DNA of 55,974 bases, filler included, from Jimgerdemannia flammicorona (Eukaryota): assembly GCA_003990765.1 (NCBI GenBank). It is 2 parts of 2 records of this genome, joined end to end, with 100 filler letters (N's around TTAATTAATTAA, not from the genome) between each part and the next. Parts side by side here need not be neighbours in the genome. Positions count along the whole stretch, not along the records: positions 28,050 to 55,974 come from RBNJ01000593.1; 1 more part is not named here. The stretch is one strand, 5' to 3'. Position numbers and translations under genes: made by a program. The number at the start of each line of letters is the position of its first letter. Position 1 is the stretch's first letter. The notes beneath the pieces are model-generated. The model saw only the letters and a list, made by a program, of their open reading frames with translations. It was not told where the DNA came from and did not search any database. Of this stretch, positions 53,301 to 55,974 are shown piece after piece.

Positions 53301-53880
53301 AGAACACTTAGCATAGTTACCCCACATAGTCACCCACATGTGCCACAATTTATATAAATAACCAGATGTACCAAATTGGGTGATCTGATTCCAGAAGGAA
53401 TACTCATTCCATATGGAACACTTATTCTATACAGGAATACCTGTTTTACAAGGAATATCTATTCCCCAAGAGAACAAGTGGTCACACCTTTCCTAAATTA
53501 GCCTTTCTATATATTCTATATTACCAAGATAGTAACCAAATAGCAATCACATTTATATAAAATACTCTAGAGATTTAAGTGAATAAATCTCAGTCTGAAA
53601 AGTCAAAGAAAAAGTAAAAGACAAGTCTGTCTATAATATACTTTGAGGGATATACATATCTGCTAAGAGCTACTTGATCTAAGAAAAGAATTACAATATT
53701 TAGGAGAAATACTTACTCTAAAGTCACTATTAAGGAGATTGTGAGCTTTATTCTCTTTTCTACTTTAGTCTACTTTCTGATACAAAAAAGTCTGCTGATT
53801 TTGATCTACTTACCAGATTAAGTCAGAAGAGAAGTCTGCTATATTTTAATCTACTTATTAGATGAAGTCTGAAGAACTTT
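53260..53880 (+). repeat. Partial LTR (5' part) of a related Gypsy subfamily
   Basis: TGTGACGAGC start; tataaaatactctagag...gtgaataaatctcagtctgaaa block homologous to the other LTRs. Confidence 0.75.
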
Positions 53881-54599
53881 AAGATAACTATAATAGTTCT
53901 AGTTTCTTTAAGAAGAAGTAACTAAATCTGGAAGTATTCAAGTAGGCCTAAAGTAACTTAAAGAGATACTTATAGGTTCAAGAGATCTTGAAGAATTTCT
54001 AAAAAAAATAAGCTATTCTTTATTTAAGCAGAAAATAGAGATATTTATACAGATCTGAAAGAAAGATCTACATAGAAAGATCTAAGAAATAAAGAGAAAA
54101 GTCAAGAAATAGGTTCTTAGTAAAGATGACTAATAGAATTCTACTATATTCTAAAAGGTTCTATAACTAGCTAAGATAAGATACTTAATACTGAGAAAAG
54201 ATAAGAATGTTCTAGTAAAGTCTTAGTACTAAGAGAGAATTTTTAAGTATTTAAAAGATCTGAAATATTGTAAAATATTCAAGAAAAGATAAGAAAAGAC
54301 TAGAGAAAAAGATGTAAAAATAGATTATAACTAAGAAATACCAAAAAATTATTATATCTCTCTCTCCTTAAGAATTAATATTCTTGTTAAGTTCCTAAGA
54401 TTATATAAGAATAGTTATATTTAACCAAAATTTCTCAAACTTATACAGATACTATTATAAAGAATTAGCCACTTTATATAAGGTAAGAACTAAAGACTTA
54501 ATAGTTAGAGGTTCAAACTACTTAGGGAAAAACTCTTATTATTCTGAGTAAGCTTACTAGTTATAACTATACCTATATATAAAAGTATATTAAGCTAGT

Positions 54600-55585
54600 A
54601 GGTAGAGGTAGGAGTGTATATTTTTACTTTAAAGTCTTATATAAGGTCTTGAGTATTCTTGAGATTAACTAGTAGTTTGTAGATAGTATGTATTATATTC
54701 AGAGTAGCTCATCTATTTGACAAGATATTTAGGTCAGTAGTAGTGTATTTATTTGTTAAGAATTTTCTCAGCTTTATACTTGATATAATCTTCAATAATC
54801 ATGGAGTAGAAGGCTTGAGAATCTGACTAGAGTAGAATAGTGACTAGTTTCAGACCTTGAGGTGAGATATATGAAAGACTAGATATACTTACATAGTTTC
54901 AGATAACTTGAGATAATAGATATTTACAGAGATATATTCTGTAATTTTGAAGGGTCTAATAAACTTGAGTTGGAACTTATTTGATAGATAATTGACTTAT
55001 AATTATATCTTGAGGTTCTCAGTTGATAGGAGAACTTGATCACTAATAGTATAGGTAATATTACAGTATTTCTTGTTAATATACTTAGCTTTATACTGTT
55101 GAGCCTTCTGTAAGTTTATGGTAGTAATTTTGAGTAGTTTATCTATCTTATCTATAAGATTCTTAGTAATAGAGACTTGTATTTAACTATTTTTCTAAAA
55201 GAAAACTAAACTTATATATTAGATTCTCAGGACCTTGACCATGAAGTAGTCAGAAAGGAGAAACACCAGTAGATAATTGAATAGTATTATTGTATATAAA
55301 TTCTTTATATTTCAAGTAGTAGTCTCAATTATCTCACTTATAGGAAATATAGTTTTTAAGAATTTTTCAAGTATTCTATTTATATACTCAGTTTGTTCAT
55401 CAGTTCAAGGGTAGAAGACATTAAACATAGCAATTTGTTTATCCAGAGTCTTTGCCAAAAGTGACTGATAAACTTAAAGTCTTGATTACTGACTATAATT
55501 CATAGTAGATCATAATAGTAGAAGATAGACTTGAAGAAGATTCTTATAATCTCAGAGATAGTAACATTAGTTATAAATCATGGTC
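54600..55585 (-). pseudogene. pol: Chromovirus-type Gypsy integrase and chromodomain relic
   Basis: IIVSNQDFKFISHFWQ, FYP*TDEQTE; ILNK*IHYY*PKYLVK*MSYSEYNT chromodomain relic. Confidence 0.72.
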
Positions 55586-55586
55586 T

Positions 55587-55974
55587 TGATCAGACAGTAA
55601 TGAATATGATAATAGTATTAGTATCAGACTTAGTATAGGTGAGACTGATTGGACATTGGCTCTTTGTTTTTAAGGAAAAGTGATAGATGGATTTATAGAA
55701 GAAGTTGTTAAGGTGGGAGAGGTTGATGGGGGATCTGCTGACTGAGTAGTGGGTGGGTTGGGGTCCCCAGGGTGGGTGACATTGCAGTCTAATGGAAGGG
55801 ATCTCTGAACAGAGTGGTGGATAGGTGGAGATAGTGTTAGACAAAGTAGTTTTTTATTGAGTAGGAGTAGGAGAGAGGGGAGACCCCTAGGGGGATTGGA
55901 TGAGAGGTGGGCTCAATGTATTTATATGGGATATATTGGTATATTAATAAAGGAAGGAGTCTAAGTAACTATAA
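55587..55974 (+). mobile_element. 3' end of the element family seen at 28050
   Basis: Reverse complement aligns to the region from 28050; ends aataaaggaaggagtctaagtaactataa. Confidence 0.75.

Overview
Eukaryotic (probably fungal) transposon-dense window. About 95% is nested, C>T/G>A-decayed mobile DNA, and there is one artificial contig join (27950-28049). Contents: two full-length L1/Tx1-type LINEs plus fragments; a possible non-autonomous LINE-tailed element; an intron-containing Plavaka/CACTA-type transposase relic; relics of two other Gypsy lineages; and at least six copies or fragments of one unusual Ty3/Gypsy family. That family has 1.2-1.6 kb LTRs built from short repeats, a tRNA-Pro-like PBS and a 4-bp TSD. 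Its single gag-pol frame reads Gag-PR-(Cys/His-rich ~430 aa spacer)-dUTPase-RT-RH-IN. A third ORF (~171 aa, acidic tail ending YWDDD) overlaps the pol stop as ATGA and shows synonymous divergence between copies. The only CpG-normal island (~51050-53300) appears to hold a small spliced C2H2 zinc-finger gene. All calls come from manual reading and translation; no database search was run, so novelty is unverified and some boundaries are approximate.
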